This document shows positions 1-9,762 of a stretch of DNA of 64,000 bases, one piece after another. How positions within the stretch are numbered: the first letter of the stretch is position 1; each line of letters begins with the position of its first letter. Source of the stretch: Spirochaetota bacterium (lineage in GTDB: Bacteria; Spirochaetota; UBA4802; UBA5550); contig OY760686.1 of assembly GCA_963663865.1 (NCBI GenBank), forward strand, positions 1,056,001 through 1,120,000, read 5' to 3'. The position numbers and the translations under genes are program-made. The notes under the pieces were generated by a model that made no database searches, was not told the origin of the DNA, and worked only from the letters and a program-made list of their open reading frames with translations.

Positions 1-295
1 TTTTTCTCAAGTTCCTTGACAACATTGCCGCAAGGAAAAACAATGGAGATATAACCAGTATTTGATTAAAAATTAATCTGTTGCATATAGCAGACCGCAG
101 GGCCGTAAAAATCAGCCTGTTTGTACGCTGCGGCTGCAGCCCTGATTCACGGGGCTTAGATTCGGGCAACCGGGGCCTCGTTGGGGCTCAAGTGAAAATG
201 CAGGAGGAGTTGATCTTTAGCCGCGAAGGCTTTATCCGCCCATAACTTATTGCTGTTCCTGTGTCTTTGCTCCAGAAAAAAACGGAGAAGACAGA

Positions 296-1741
296 ATGAG
301 TTTTATTGATTACATCATCTTCGGTTTCTACATGCTTGTGCTGCTGTATGTGGGAATCCACTTTTACCGCAAGAACAATCACCGTGAGGACTACTATGTC
401 GGCAACCGCAGCATGAGCGCCGGCCATGTCGGTCTGTCCATCGTTGCCACCGATGTCGGAGGCGGGTTCAGTATCGGCCTCGGAGGAGTAGGGTTTCTGA
501 TGGGGCTTTCAGGGTCATGGCTGCTTTTTACCGGGCTGATCGGGGCCTGGTTCTCCGCTGTGTTCATTATCCCCCGAATCAAAAAGATCGACTCAAAACA
601 CAGCATGCTTACATACCCGGACTTTCTGCGATTCCGATACGGAGACAGGGTTGCTCTTGTCGCGGCGGTAATAAGCGGTATCGGATATCTCGGCTTCACA
701 TCGGCGCAGATGCTTGCCGGGGCCAAGTTAGCATCAGCTACAATCTTCAGAAACCCGCCAATGGGGATGGATCCGGTGCAGTTCTCGCTCATTGTTATAG
801 CGGTAATCACTGTTACCTATACCGTTTTCGGCGGCCTCAAGGCAGTCATTTACACCGACAGCATTCAGTGGGCCGTTCTTCTTGTCGGGCTTATCGCGGT
901 TACAATACCCGTCACAGTTTATTCGATAGGCGGGTTAGGCTCCCTGAAGGCCTCATTGCCGTCCGAGTTTTTCACCCTTACCAATATATCGCCGGTAAAG
1001 TTCGTCAACTGGCTCGTCACTATCGTCCCTATCTGGATTATCGGAATGACAATATACCAGAGGATGTTCGCGTGTAAAACCGTTGAGGAGGCAAAGAAGG
1101 CATGGTATATCGCCGGTATATTTGAATACCCTGTCATGGCGTTTACCGGAGTATTTCTCGGAATGTGCGCGCGTGTTGTTTTCCCCGAGTCAGACCCCGA
1201 GATGGCAATGCCGCGCCTGATCGCGGAGGTTCTGCCGGTAGGGGTAACGGGCATAGTGATTGCCGCCTATTTTTCCGCCATTATGTCAACGGCAGACAGC
1301 TGCCTGATGGCTTCGTCGGGAAACGTTGTCAATGATGTAATGAGGCGCTACCTGAGGCTGGGTGTCAGCGACAGGGGCGGCATGAGGCTTTCCATGCTTA
1401 TGACATTCGTGCTTGGCGCCCTGGCAGTGCTTCTGAGCGCCTTTTTTACCACGGTGCTTGACGCGATACTTTACGCCTATGCCTTTATGGCATCAGGGCT
1501 TTTCATTCCAACCCTCGGGGCTTATTTCTGGAAAAGATCAAGCCGCTCAGGCGCCTTTGCCGGCATGATAGCCGGCGGAGGTACTACTCTCGCACTTACA
1601 GCTCTCAAAGAGAGCTCCTGCTTTAGTGCATGCTCATATTTAACGGTGTTTGATCCCGCGGTTTATGGGGTCACAGCGTCATTGATTGCCTTCATTGCGG
1701 GTTCATTTTTGTTCCCGTTCAAAAAAAGCTCGAAATATTAG
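296..1741 (+). CDS. Sodium:solute symporter (SSS/PutP-like) family transporter
   Basis: 481 aa, about 13 hydrophobic helices, SSS motifs [30 protein letters not shown]; GGAG RBS at 284-287. Confidence 0.9.
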   Translation: MSFIDYIIFGFYMLVLLYVGIHFYRKNNHREDYYVGNRSMSAGHVGLSIVATDVGGGFSIGLGGVGFLMGLSGSWLLFTGLIGAWFSAVFIIPRIKKIDSKHSMLTYPDFLRFRYGDRVALVAAVISGIGYLGFTSAQMLAGAKLASATIFRNPPMGMDPVQFSLIVIAVITVTYTVFGGLKAVIYTDSIQWAVLLVGLIAVTIPVTVYSIGGLGSLKASLPSEFFTLTNISPVKFVNWLVTIVPIWIIGMTIYQRMFACKTVEEAKKAWYIAGIFEYPVMAFTGVFLGMCARVVFPESDPEMAMPRLIAEVLPVGVTGIVIAAYFSAIMSTADSCLMASSGNVVNDVMRRYLRLGVSDRGGMRLSMLMTFVLGALAVLLSAFFTTVLDAILYAYAFMASGLFIPTLGAYFWKRSSRSGAFAGMIAGGGTTLALTALKESSCFSACSYLTVFDPAVYGVTASLIAFIAGSFLFPFKKSSKY

Positions 1742-1903
1742 CCCTTTTTGGGTAAATTTAAGGTATCCCCTGCTTGCTTGCTGTTCCTGCCGTTGTTAGT
1801 ACGGGAGCTGGTTTACAGCCCCTTTATGCCGGGAATAAAATATATTGAGACCTGAGCTTCAGGTCTGAAGGAGAAAAATTATTATACACAAAAAGGAGAA
1901 CAC

Positions 1904-3220
1904 ATGATATTCAATAAAAAACAGCAGATTATTGCGAAAAAGATCGATCCTCAAGCCGACATTGAGAGCTGGAAGGACTGGAAGTGGCAGATAAGGCACT
2001 CAGTCAAGGACATAGAAACTCTTCAAAAGGTGACGGGAATCAGATTCGGCAAAAAGGAGCTTGAGTCTCTTAGACAGACGACAGAAAAATTTCCGTTATC
2101 GATAACGCCCTACTATTTGTCTCTTATCAACACTGATGATTACACCTACGATCCCGTCTTTATACAGTCGGTACCTTCAATACGTGAGCTTGAAACAAAG
2201 AAGTACGACATGGCAGATCCTCTCGCGGAAGACAAGGACTCTCCCGCGCCCTACCTGACACACCGCTATCCTGACAGGGTGCTCTTCCATGTGAGCAATC
2301 TCTGTTCAATGTACTGCCGTCACTGTACGAGAAAACGCAAGGTTGGAGACAGGGACTATATCCCGAAGTTCGAAGAGCTTAAGCCGGCAATTGAATACAT
2401 AAGAAATAACAGACAGATAAGGGATGTGCTGCTCTCAGGCGGAGACCCGTTCATGCTCGGAGATGAACAGGTAAGAAGGCTGCTCTCGGAAATAAAGTCA
2501 ATAGATCATGTAGAGATAATCCGAATTGGAACGAGAATGCCTGTCGTTTTGCCGTACCGAATCACCGACAACCTGATAGAGATACTCAAGGAGTTTGCCC
2601 CGCTTTACATAAACACTCACTTCAATCACCCGAGGGAGGTTACTGAGTCGGCTGAAGAGGCGCTTAAAAAGCTCGCTGACGCGGGAATTGTGCTGGGCAA
2701 CCAGTCGGTTCTTCTCGCCGGAGTGAACGACTGTTCGAGGATTATCAAGAGGCTCACTCACAGGCTTCTTCAGAACAGGGTGAGGCCGTATTATCTGTAC
2801 CAGTGCGATCTGTCCGAGGGGCTTTCTCACTTCAGGACTCCAGTAGGAAAGGGAATTGAGATTCTTGAAAGCATGATAGGGCACACATCGGGCCTGGCGG
2901 TTCCAACCTATGTTATTGACGCTCCGGGCGGCGGCGGCAAGATTCCGGTTATGCCAAACTACCTCATTTCATGGTCAACCAACAAGGTGGTTCTGCGGAA
3001 CTATGAGGGCGTTATTACAACCTACAAGGAACCTGACGCATACGAGCCTACATTCTGCGACAGGAACTGCGCAGAGTGCGACCTTCAGCTCAACCTTGAA
3101 AGCGCGGAGGATATATCCACAATAGGAATTGAGCGGCTGCTTTCTGACGCGGACCCCGAGATATCACTGACACCGGCTGACAACACGAGAATACAAAGAA
3201 GGGGAGATGAGGATGAGTGA
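1904..3220 (+). CDS. ablA: Lysine 2,3-aminomutase (radical SAM, KamA/AblA)
   Basis: CSMYCRHC radical-SAM motif, THRYPDR, LLSGGDP, PLP-lysine region [10 protein letters not shown]; AGGAG RBS; directly upstream of an AblB-type acetyltransferase. Confidence 0.95.
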   Translation: MIFNKKQQIIAKKIDPQADIESWKDWKWQIRHSVKDIETLQKVTGIRFGKKELESLRQTTEKFPLSITPYYLSLINTDDYTYDPVFIQSVPSIRELETKKYDMADPLAEDKDSPAPYLTHRYPDRVLFHVSNLCSMYCRHCTRKRKVGDRDYIPKFEELKPAIEYIRNNRQIRDVLLSGGDPFMLGDEQVRRLLSEIKSIDHVEIIRIGTRMPVVLPYRITDNLIEILKEFAPLYINTHFNHPREVTESAEEALKKLADAGIVLGNQSVLLAGVNDCSRIIKRLTHRLLQNRVRPYYLYQCDLSEGLSHFRTPVGKGIEILESMIGHTSGLAVPTYVIDAPGGGGKIPVMPNYLISWSTNKVVLRNYEGVITTYKEPDAYEPTFCDRNCAECDLQLNLESAEDISTIGIERLLSDADPEISLTPADNTRIQRRGDEDE

Positions 3221-4052
3221 TGTTATAGAGAAAATAGGCACAAGCGTATTTCAGCACGGGCCTCTCAATAACAGGATATACCTTCAGGAGTACGGCGGAG
3301 AGTCCGCTGACCTCCTTCTCGGAAGGTTTGACGAGCTTGTCCGCGAGAAAGGGTACACAAAAATATTTCTAAAAGTCCCGTCCTCCAGTGAAAGGAACTT
3401 TACCGATAGGGGCTTCATTCGTGAGGCTGTGATTCCTCCTCATGGTGAACATGACGGTAAGTCGTTTTTGGCTAAATATCCGTCGGCCTCCCGCAGGTCG
3501 GTGCCCGCCGAGGAGCTCAGCAGAATAAGCGACGTATTAAAGTCTTCAGAAAACACCGATGCCGCGAGCCGCAGGGTCTTTCCTGAAAGGTCGGTAATCC
3601 ATGTTATGACAAAGCATGATACCGCGGAAATGGCAGAGATATACAGGGCTGTTTTTGACAGCTATCCATTCCCGATATTCGAGCCGGAATATCTGCAGAA
3701 AACCATGGACGAGAACATTATTTATTTCGGACTCCGCAAGGTGACAAAGCTTGTGGGTATATCATCGGCTGAGATATCGATGAAGGACGGCAGTGTGGAG
3801 ATGACTGACTTCGCCGTTCTGCCTGAATTTAGAGGAGAGAAGATAGCTGTTTTTCTTCTCGAGGCAATGGAAAAGAAGATGGCCGATGCCGGGATGAAAA
3901 TGTTTTATACCATAGCCCGAAGTGTCTCGTACGGTATGAACAAAACCTTTGCCGCGTCAGGATACAAATTCGGCGGGACTCTGTTTAACAATACGAATAT
4001 ATCGGGTCGGATTGAGAGCATGAATATCTGGTTCAAGTACAGAAATTCCTGA
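3207..4052 (+). CDS. ablB: Beta-lysine N6-acetyltransferase (GNAT)
   Basis: [51 protein letters not shown] motifs; overlaps the ablA stop. Confidence 0.9.
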   Translation: MRMSDVIEKIGTSVFQHGPLNNRIYLQEYGGESADLLLGRFDELVREKGYTKIFLKVPSSSERNFTDRGFIREAVIPPHGEHDGKSFLAKYPSASRRSVPAEELSRISDVLKSSENTDAASRRVFPERSVIHVMTKHDTAEMAEIYRAVFDSYPFPIFEPEYLQKTMDENIIYFGLRKVTKLVGISSAEISMKDGSVEMTDFAVLPEFRGEKIAVFLLEAMEKKMADAGMKMFYTIARSVSYGMNKTFAASGYKFGGTLFNNTNISGRIESMNIWFKYRNS

Positions 4053-4248
4053 TCGGTCCGGGGATGATGCGGCAGATAAGGCGCTGCTGGCAGTTTTTGT
4101 TCTCTGCCGTCTGTGGGAACATCACCGCATAGCCGAACCGCTTTGAATAAAAAAACCTCCGCCTCCGGTGATGAATGGGGAATAGAGTTTTGTACTTGAA
4201 ACCAGAACATAAATCCGCAAGTGTTGATAAAAACTTCAGAGAGGAAGA

Positions 4249-4785
4249 ATGAGAATAGTCGAAGTGAAAACCGAGGCCGATATCCCACAGGCCATCAAGG
4301 ATACGCCGTTTGCCGAGCTGATAAGGTACAACAACTTTGGAGCTGAATTCAAGACATACGAGAAAGCCCAGCTCCTGGTCGGCATGTGCATGGACAACAG
4401 GCACCAGCTCAGGCTCCCGCAGAACTTCGCGTACATAATAAGGTCAGGCGGAGGCAATCTGAGGTACAGCGAATTCAAAATTTCATACGCGATTGCGATT
4501 GGAAACGTGAAGCAGGTCGTGCTCATGAGTCACAATGACTGCGGCATGGAAGGCCTGGTGTCAAAGAAGGATAAATTTGTCAGCGGTCTCGTGGCAAATG
4601 CCGGCTGGGAACCCGACAAGGCCGAAGAGCACTTTATGAACTACGCTCCCATGTTCGAGATTGAGAACAGCGTAGAGTTTATACTCTCGGAATCAAAGCG
4701 GCTCAATGAGAAATATCCACGAATTGAGATTATCCCCGCGTTTTACCGGATCGACGACGACACTATTCATCTTGTTGAAGAATAG
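4249..4785 (+). CDS. Beta-class carbonic anhydrase
   Basis: Zn-binding CMDNR and HNDC motifs, IIRSGGG. Confidence 0.8.
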   Translation: MRIVEVKTEADIPQAIKDTPFAELIRYNNFGAEFKTYEKAQLLVGMCMDNRHQLRLPQNFAYIIRSGGGNLRYSEFKISYAIAIGNVKQVVLMSHNDCGMEGLVSKKDKFVSGLVANAGWEPDKAEEHFMNYAPMFEIENSVEFILSESKRLNEKYPRIEIIPAFYRIDDDTIHLVEE

Positions 4786-4819
4786 GCTGAGTGTAAAGCG
4801 GCTTTCTAAAACTTCAATC

Positions 4820-6364
4820 TCAGTTCTGGTTTCTGATTTTAAAGCTGCTTACCATGTCAAGCAGTTCGGCGGCCTGGTTAGCCATTTCCTCGCTTGCTGA
4901 AGCGGTTTCTTCAACAAGCGACGCGTTGTGCTGGGTCATGTTGTCCATATCGCTTACGGCCGTGGTTATCTGACTGATTGCGTCTTTCTGTTCCCGGCTC
5001 GCGGCGCCGATTTCCGATATAACGCCGTTTACCTGTTTTACTGAGCTGATTATCTCCGAAAGAGCGTCTCTGCTTTTATTTGCCTTGTCTGTTCCGGCGG
5101 TTATTTTTTCTATAGAGTCGTTGATCAGGTCGCTTATTTCACGGGCGGCATGTCCCGATTTCTGGGCGAGGTTTCTGACTTCGCCGGCTACAACCGCAAA
5201 CCCGCGCCCCATCTCTCCGGCCCTTGCCGCTTCAATGGCGGCGTTCAGGGCAAGGAGATTCGTCTGAAAGGATATCTCATTGATTACACCTGTGATTTCT
5301 CCGATCTTCTGACTTACTCTGTTAATTTCGTTTATCGAGTCAACCGCGTCGGACACGAGCGCGCCTCCCTCTGTGGCGGTGTTTTCTGACCGCATTGACA
5401 TCGCAACTGCGTTTGAAGCGTTGTCAGCGTTCTGGGAAATTGCGGCGGATGTTTCCTCGATAGTTGATGCTATCTCCTCAAGCGAGGAGGCCTGCTCGGC
5501 CGTTCTCTGTGAGAGGCTCTGGTTGCCGTTAGATATCTCCTTTACGGCCATGGTCAGGTTATTTGCTGATATGATTATCCTCGAAACGAGATCCTCGAGG
5601 CCGTTTCGCATGCCCTCAAGATGGTACATGAGGCTTGATTTGTCTTTGTCCGAAAGCGGAATTTCGACAGTGAAATCACCTGCTGAAATTTTAGCGAAGA
5701 TTCGGTTTGCATCGTCGGGTTCGGCACCGAGCTGTCCCATGATCGTCCTGACAATGTAAAGAACCAGAAAAATGCCAACGAATACTGACAGGGCAACTAC
5801 CGCTATAAGGATGAGGCGAATAACCGATGAAGTTGACTTAACCGCTTCGGCCCCCTCAGCTGATTTCTTATGCGCGATTGTACTTATGTCCTTGATATGT
5901 GACTGGACTGATTTCAGCGCTGGCAGCGTCTCGCTGTTGAAGACCCGGTAAGCCTCTTCATATCCCTCTCGCTGAACAGCGGCCCTCATCTTAACAAGCG
6001 AGCCGTGCAGCGTTTCATGGGGAGATTCCATCTCCCGAAGGGGGCCGGTTATGGCCGGAATGTGCTTTTCTGCGTCAGCGCGGTCTTCGCCGTAATACCA
6101 TTTGCCGAGGCCGCATTTATGATGGTCGGTCTCAATATTGCTCATCAGAAGTGTTCTGTCAGACATAGAAAGAAGCACGGAGTTTACCCAGTTGAGATGG
6201 TCTTTTTCCTTCTGAGCCATCTCGTCGACAAGCTCATAGTTGACGGTGCTGCTGTCTGTCAGTGAGATAATGTTCCGCTGTCCGATAAAGGCCGCAATCC
6301 CTATTGAGAGAATAAGCGCCATCTGTGTAAAAGAATTCAGAAAAAGCTTTGTTCTGATTTTCAT
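4820..6364 (-). CDS. Methyl-accepting chemotaxis protein with CZB (chemoreceptor zinc-binding) domain between its two TM helices
   Basis: Signalling hairpin QTNLLALNAAIEAARAGEMGRGFAVVAGEVR; CZB motif DHLNW..DHHKCGLGKWY..HETLH; start moved to MKIRTKL behind an AGGAG RBS. Confidence 0.9.
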   Translation of the reverse strand: MKIRTKLFLNSFTQMALILSIGIAAFIGQRNIISLTDSSTVNYELVDEMAQKEKDHLNWVNSVLLSMSDRTLLMSNIETDHHKCGLGKWYYGEDRADAEKHIPAITGPLREMESPHETLHGSLVKMRAAVQREGYEEAYRVFNSETLPALKSVQSHIKDISTIAHKKSAEGAEAVKSTSSVIRLILIAVVALSVFVGIFLVLYIVRTIMGQLGAEPDDANRIFAKISAGDFTVEIPLSDKDKSSLMYHLEGMRNGLEDLVSRIIISANNLTMAVKEISNGNQSLSQRTAEQASSLEEIASTIEETSAAISQNADNASNAVAMSMRSENTATEGGALVSDAVDSINEINRVSQKIGEITGVINEISFQTNLLALNAAIEAARAGEMGRGFAVVAGEVRNLAQKSGHAAREISDLINDSIEKITAGTDKANKSRDALSEIISSVKQVNGVISEIGAASREQKDAISQITTAVSDMDNMTQHNASLVEETASASEEMANQAAELLDMVSSFKIRNQN

Positions 6365-6588
6365 TATTCTTGCTCTCCTTAACACGGGAGTGCAGATCAT
6401 ACAATAAAATCATTCAGCAGTCAACCTTGACATGTAAAAAAAAGCCAAAATGTACAGTTATTATGACTGACTGATAATAGCTGAGCTGGAAATGAGTACG
6501 GTTTCTCAAGGTTTCAGGGATGTTTTTTGTGCTGTGTGAGGAGTGCTGGCGTGAGAGCGGGGGGCAGAAGCGACTTTTTTGCATATAA

Positions 6589-6613
6589 GAACCCGGGCAG
6601 AGTGCCCGGATTC
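6589..6613. terminator. Hairpin downstream of the peroxiredoxin gene (probable terminator)
   Basis: GAACCCGGGCA-gag-TGCCCGGATTC inverted repeat just past the prx stop. Confidence 0.5.
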
Positions 6614-6624
6614 TCACAGAAGGC

Positions 6625-7341
6625 CTATTTTTTCTTTTTAAGGATTTTGCTGAATATGGTATCCTTATCGATTTTCTTTGTGCAGAAGAACCAGTCGTAG
6701 CAATGCAGGTCATTTTTGCTTTCCATGCGTTCTTTGGCAACCCCGCATGACCCGGCGGTCGGGACTATTACATCGTCGCCGGGTCGCCAGTCTGCCGGTG
6801 TGGCGACTTCAAACGCGTCGGTTGTCTGCAGCGCTATGAGGGCTCTGTATATCTCATCGAAGTTTCTGCCGATACTGAGCGGATAGTAGAGAATCGTTCT
6901 GATGGTTCCCTTCGGGTCAATGAAGAACACCGCCCTGACAGCCTTCGTGTTGCTTTCACCCGGCTGAATCATGCCGTACTTTGCGCTGACTTCCATGGTG
7001 ATATCTTCGATCAGCGGGAACTTGACTTCAACATCCTTCATTCCCTTGAACTCAATCTTTTCTTTAATGGTTCTGAGCCAGGCTATGTGGCTGTAAAGGC
7101 CGTCAACCGAGAGGCCTACGAGTTTACAGTTCGCTTCCGAAAACTTGTCTTCCATACTCGCAAATGTCATAAACTCGCTTGTGCATACCGGCGTAAAGTC
7201 GGCAGGGTGGCTGAACAGTATTACCCAGCTTCCCGCGTACTGGTCGGGGAAGCTGATCTCACCCTGTGTCGTAACCGCCTTGAAAGAAGGCGCTTTTTCG
7301 CCGATTCTCGGCATGCTCACTGTCTGTTGCTGTTGTTCCAT
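6625..7341 (-). CDS. Peroxiredoxin (Prx6 / archaeal-type)
   Basis: SHPADFTPVCTSE peroxidatic motif, GRNFDEI, TPADW.PGDDVI, C-terminal DWFFC. Confidence 0.93.
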   Translation of the reverse strand: MEQQQQTVSMPRIGEKAPSFKAVTTQGEISFPDQYAGSWVILFSHPADFTPVCTSEFMTFASMEDKFSEANCKLVGLSVDGLYSHIAWLRTIKEKIEFKGMKDVEVKFPLIEDITMEVSAKYGMIQPGESNTKAVRAVFFIDPKGTIRTILYYPLSIGRNFDEIYRALIALQTTDAFEVATPADWRPGDDVIVPTAGSCGVAKERMESKNDLHCYDWFFCTKKIDKDTIFSKILKKKK

Positions 7342-7488
7342 TTTGAAACCTCCGTTAATTTTGTTATTATGTTCAATAATTCAGCTATAAGCTATATATT
7401 CTCTTCGCCTGCGGCGGAGTGAATTTCAGTAAAACTCGTACCCGGTTTCTCTATATTCATGAAACCGGATGTAAGTTGTAAATACGAA

Positions 7489-7505
7489 ATAGTAGAAACT
7501 ACTAT
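7489..7505. promoter_or_regulatory. Putative PerR/Fur operator upstream of peroxiredoxin
   Basis: Perfect palindrome ATAGTAG-aaa-CTACTAT between perR and prx; a 13/17 copy lies upstream of perR. Confidence 0.6.
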
Positions 7506-7523
7506 CGCTAAAGCAAAAAAATA

Positions 7524-7952
7524 TCAGCTCCTGCAGTTACCGCAGAAGCCCTCAAGCGTGACCCTTATGTCAAGGACTGTAACCCCTTCGGGGAGCTCCT
7601 CAGGGTCGGCTATATTATCATACAAGTCGCTATGAATGTCAATAATCGCTCCGCACCTTACACACTCAAAGTGATGATGCAGCGAAACGTCTGCGTCAAA
7701 GCGTCTGGAGCTGTCGCGGCTTTCTACACGCCTGATTATCCCGAGGTCGGCGAAATTCATCAGAGTACGGTTGACCGTATCGTAAGAAATATTGGGCAGC
7801 CTCGTTCTGAGCTTTCTGTAAATGGCTTCAGCCGTCGGGTGCTCGGTCGTTGATGCAAGCTCTTCAAAAAGCACTGTTCTCTGAGGGGTTACCTTCAGAG
7901 AATGCCTTTTGCACTCGTCATAAAAACGCTCAATTTCCTTTTCAATATCCAT
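7524..7952 (-). CDS. perR: Fur-family regulator, PerR-like
   Basis: KVTPQR, HPTAE, HHHFECVRC and C-terminal CGNC zinc site; adjacent to peroxiredoxin. Confidence 0.8.
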   Translation of the reverse strand: MDIEKEIERFYDECKRHSLKVTPQRTVLFEELASTTEHPTAEAIYRKLRTRLPNISYDTVNRTLMNFADLGIIRRVESRDSSRRFDADVSLHHHFECVRCGAIIDIHSDLYDNIADPEELPEGVTVLDIRVTLEGFCGNCRS

Positions 7953-7963
7953 GCATATACTAA

Positions 7964-7980
7964 GTAATATAAACTACTAA
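7964..7980. promoter_or_regulatory. Putative PerR autoregulatory box
   Basis: GTAATATAAACTACTAA matches the 7489-7505 palindrome at 13/17 positions and lies just downstream of a TTGACT -35-like hexamer on the - strand. Confidence 0.45.
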
Positions 7981-8065
7981 TTAGTCAAGTCTTTTTTTTG
8001 GGTGGGATATTAACCCGCAGATGTCAGCGCTGCCAGTGGACGCAAAACACCCGCAGGTTTCGGAT

Positions 8066-9676
8066 CTACTTCATCAGCTTTTTAAGCTTCTGAGTTTCGC
8101 CGCAATAGGGAACCCTGTCAATATTCGAGCCAGGAAGAAGCACCGCTTCGAACGGAAGCTCAAAATCGTAGGATGGATTAGCACTCCTCAGCAGGGAGTC
8201 GTAGCTCGAAGGGAGCCTGGCCGGGCTCGGCATTCCGGGGCTTGTCGCCTGCTGCGGATCCATACAGTACCACCTTCCGTTTGTCTTGAACGCGATGACC
8301 CAGTGTTCAACTATCCAGCTTGGATCGTAGTTAAACTTCGCGACGAAGTATTTGTCAGTCGGCACGCCTGCCGCGTGAAGAAGCGCTCCGGCGGCGAGCG
8401 ACCATGAAGTACAGTTGCCCATGGGGATAAAACCGTACTTTTTATAGGTCTCCGCGTAGTCGCTCAGTGAGGGCCAGCTCTTGACGGCCATCATCTTCTT
8501 TGCATTTTCGCCCCGGCTGAAGAGAAAATCGCTCGCTTCCTTTACTCCGGGAGGGGGCGTGCCCATGCTTGAACGAGTTTCGGTTTTAAGAAACTTCCAG
8601 ACCGTGGCGAAGCGCAGGGCTGCCTCCTCGTCTGTTCTGACAGGCTTTCCGCCTCCAATTTTGGCAATCAGCTCATTTATCGCGGGGCTTCTCTCTGAGA
8701 TACCCGGGAAGAAGTAATCGTCCCGCTTTGTGATTTTTCCATTGAGCATGTAGAAACCGCTGCCGTCGTAATGGTAGTACTGCTTGCCCCTGTACTTTGT
8801 CTCAACGAGGACGTAGTCTCCGGCGCTGTATCTGCGGGATATAAGCTTCGCCTGTCTGTCCTTCCGCTCATTGTAAAGAAGAGCTGTGGCGGTCTCCCTG
8901 TCGGAAAAGTGCGCCATCAGCATAATTGTGCTCTCCTTGCTGTACTTTTCCGGAAGCTCAAATGAGCCCGAGGCATCTGTTTTCACGCTGCCGGTTTTGG
9001 TATAAGGCGTACTCTTATTGGAGGGGTTGAAAACCCATATATCAACTTCTGTATTCGGGATCGGCTTTGACGTCAGGGCCTTGCCGTCGGCGGATAAATC
9101 CTGTCCTGTCAATGTCCCGGTAATAACGTCCTTTGCGGGGATGTACCTTTTTCCGGTTGAGGCGTCTATCAGAAACCACTCGGAGTGAGGGCCGGTGCTT
9201 CTTCCCTGAACGGGCGTTCCGTTCATCACGCTTTCAACCGACAGGGCTTTGTTCGAGAACGAGAATATCTTCCACTTTCCCTCTTCGATGTGTTCAAAGC
9301 GGAAAATCTGATATCTGTATCCCTTCATGGGATAAGCCAGTGTAATGGCCGCGCCTTCAACATTGTCCGGCTTGGCAATATTCAGGGCGCCTCCGTTCTC
9401 AGCCACAATGTTGAACCAGTCCCGGTTTGCGTCGATGAAGCGGTAGCGCTGGTCAGGGCCGTTATCTCTGCCTGAAAGCTGAAGACTGTCTCCGTGAGTG
9501 TATGCGGTTTTCCGGGTACCGGGCTGGTCCCAGTAGCCGGAGCTATGATTTTCGCCCGAGTTTGCCGATTTAATGTAGAAGTACCTGTTTTCGGGAACGG
9601 TTTGCGCGTAAGACAGCGCTGCTCCCTGCAGTATGAGCGCGGGGAGCAGCGCGAGAAAAAATAATGCTTTCTTCAT
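8066..9676 (-). CDS. Secreted protein: ricin-B/beta-trefoil-like N-terminus plus transglutaminase-like Cys-His-Asp domain
   Basis: Signal peptide; QRYRF / QIFRF / SEWFL trefoil-type repeats; GNCTSWS, EHWVIAF, WYCMDP motifs. Confidence 0.6.
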   Translation of the reverse strand: MKKALFFLALLPALILQGAALSYAQTVPENRYFYIKSANSGENHSSGYWDQPGTRKTAYTHGDSLQLSGRDNGPDQRYRFIDANRDWFNIVAENGGALNIAKPDNVEGAAITLAYPMKGYRYQIFRFEHIEEGKWKIFSFSNKALSVESVMNGTPVQGRSTGPHSEWFLIDASTGKRYIPAKDVITGTLTGQDLSADGKALTSKPIPNTEVDIWVFNPSNKSTPYTKTGSVKTDASGSFELPEKYSKESTIMLMAHFSDRETATALLYNERKDRQAKLISRRYSAGDYVLVETKYRGKQYYHYDGSGFYMLNGKITKRDDYFFPGISERSPAINELIAKIGGGKPVRTDEEAALRFATVWKFLKTETRSSMGTPPPGVKEASDFLFSRGENAKKMMAVKSWPSLSDYAETYKKYGFIPMGNCTSWSLAAGALLHAAGVPTDKYFVAKFNYDPSWIVEHWVIAFKTNGRWYCMDPQQATSPGMPSPARLPSSYDSLLRSANPSYDFELPFEAVLLPGSNIDRVPYCGETQKLKKLMK

Positions 9677-9762
9677 AAAGACCTCAATATCAGTTAATAC
9701 CCCGGTTTTGAGGCCAAAAAAAACTCTGTCAACCCTAAAACCGCCTGCCTGGGCTCAAGGTG

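Noticed and set aside
1-65. Possible 3' end of an upstream gene (FLKFLDNIAARKNNGDITSI*)
   Set aside because: Too short to identify or to distinguish from a chance open frame
60-1903. Lysine, c-di-AMP, Na+ or glutamine riboswitch ahead of the SSS gene or ablA
   Set aside because: The conserved core motifs of these Rfam families could not be found in the right order; reported only as an unknown structured leader
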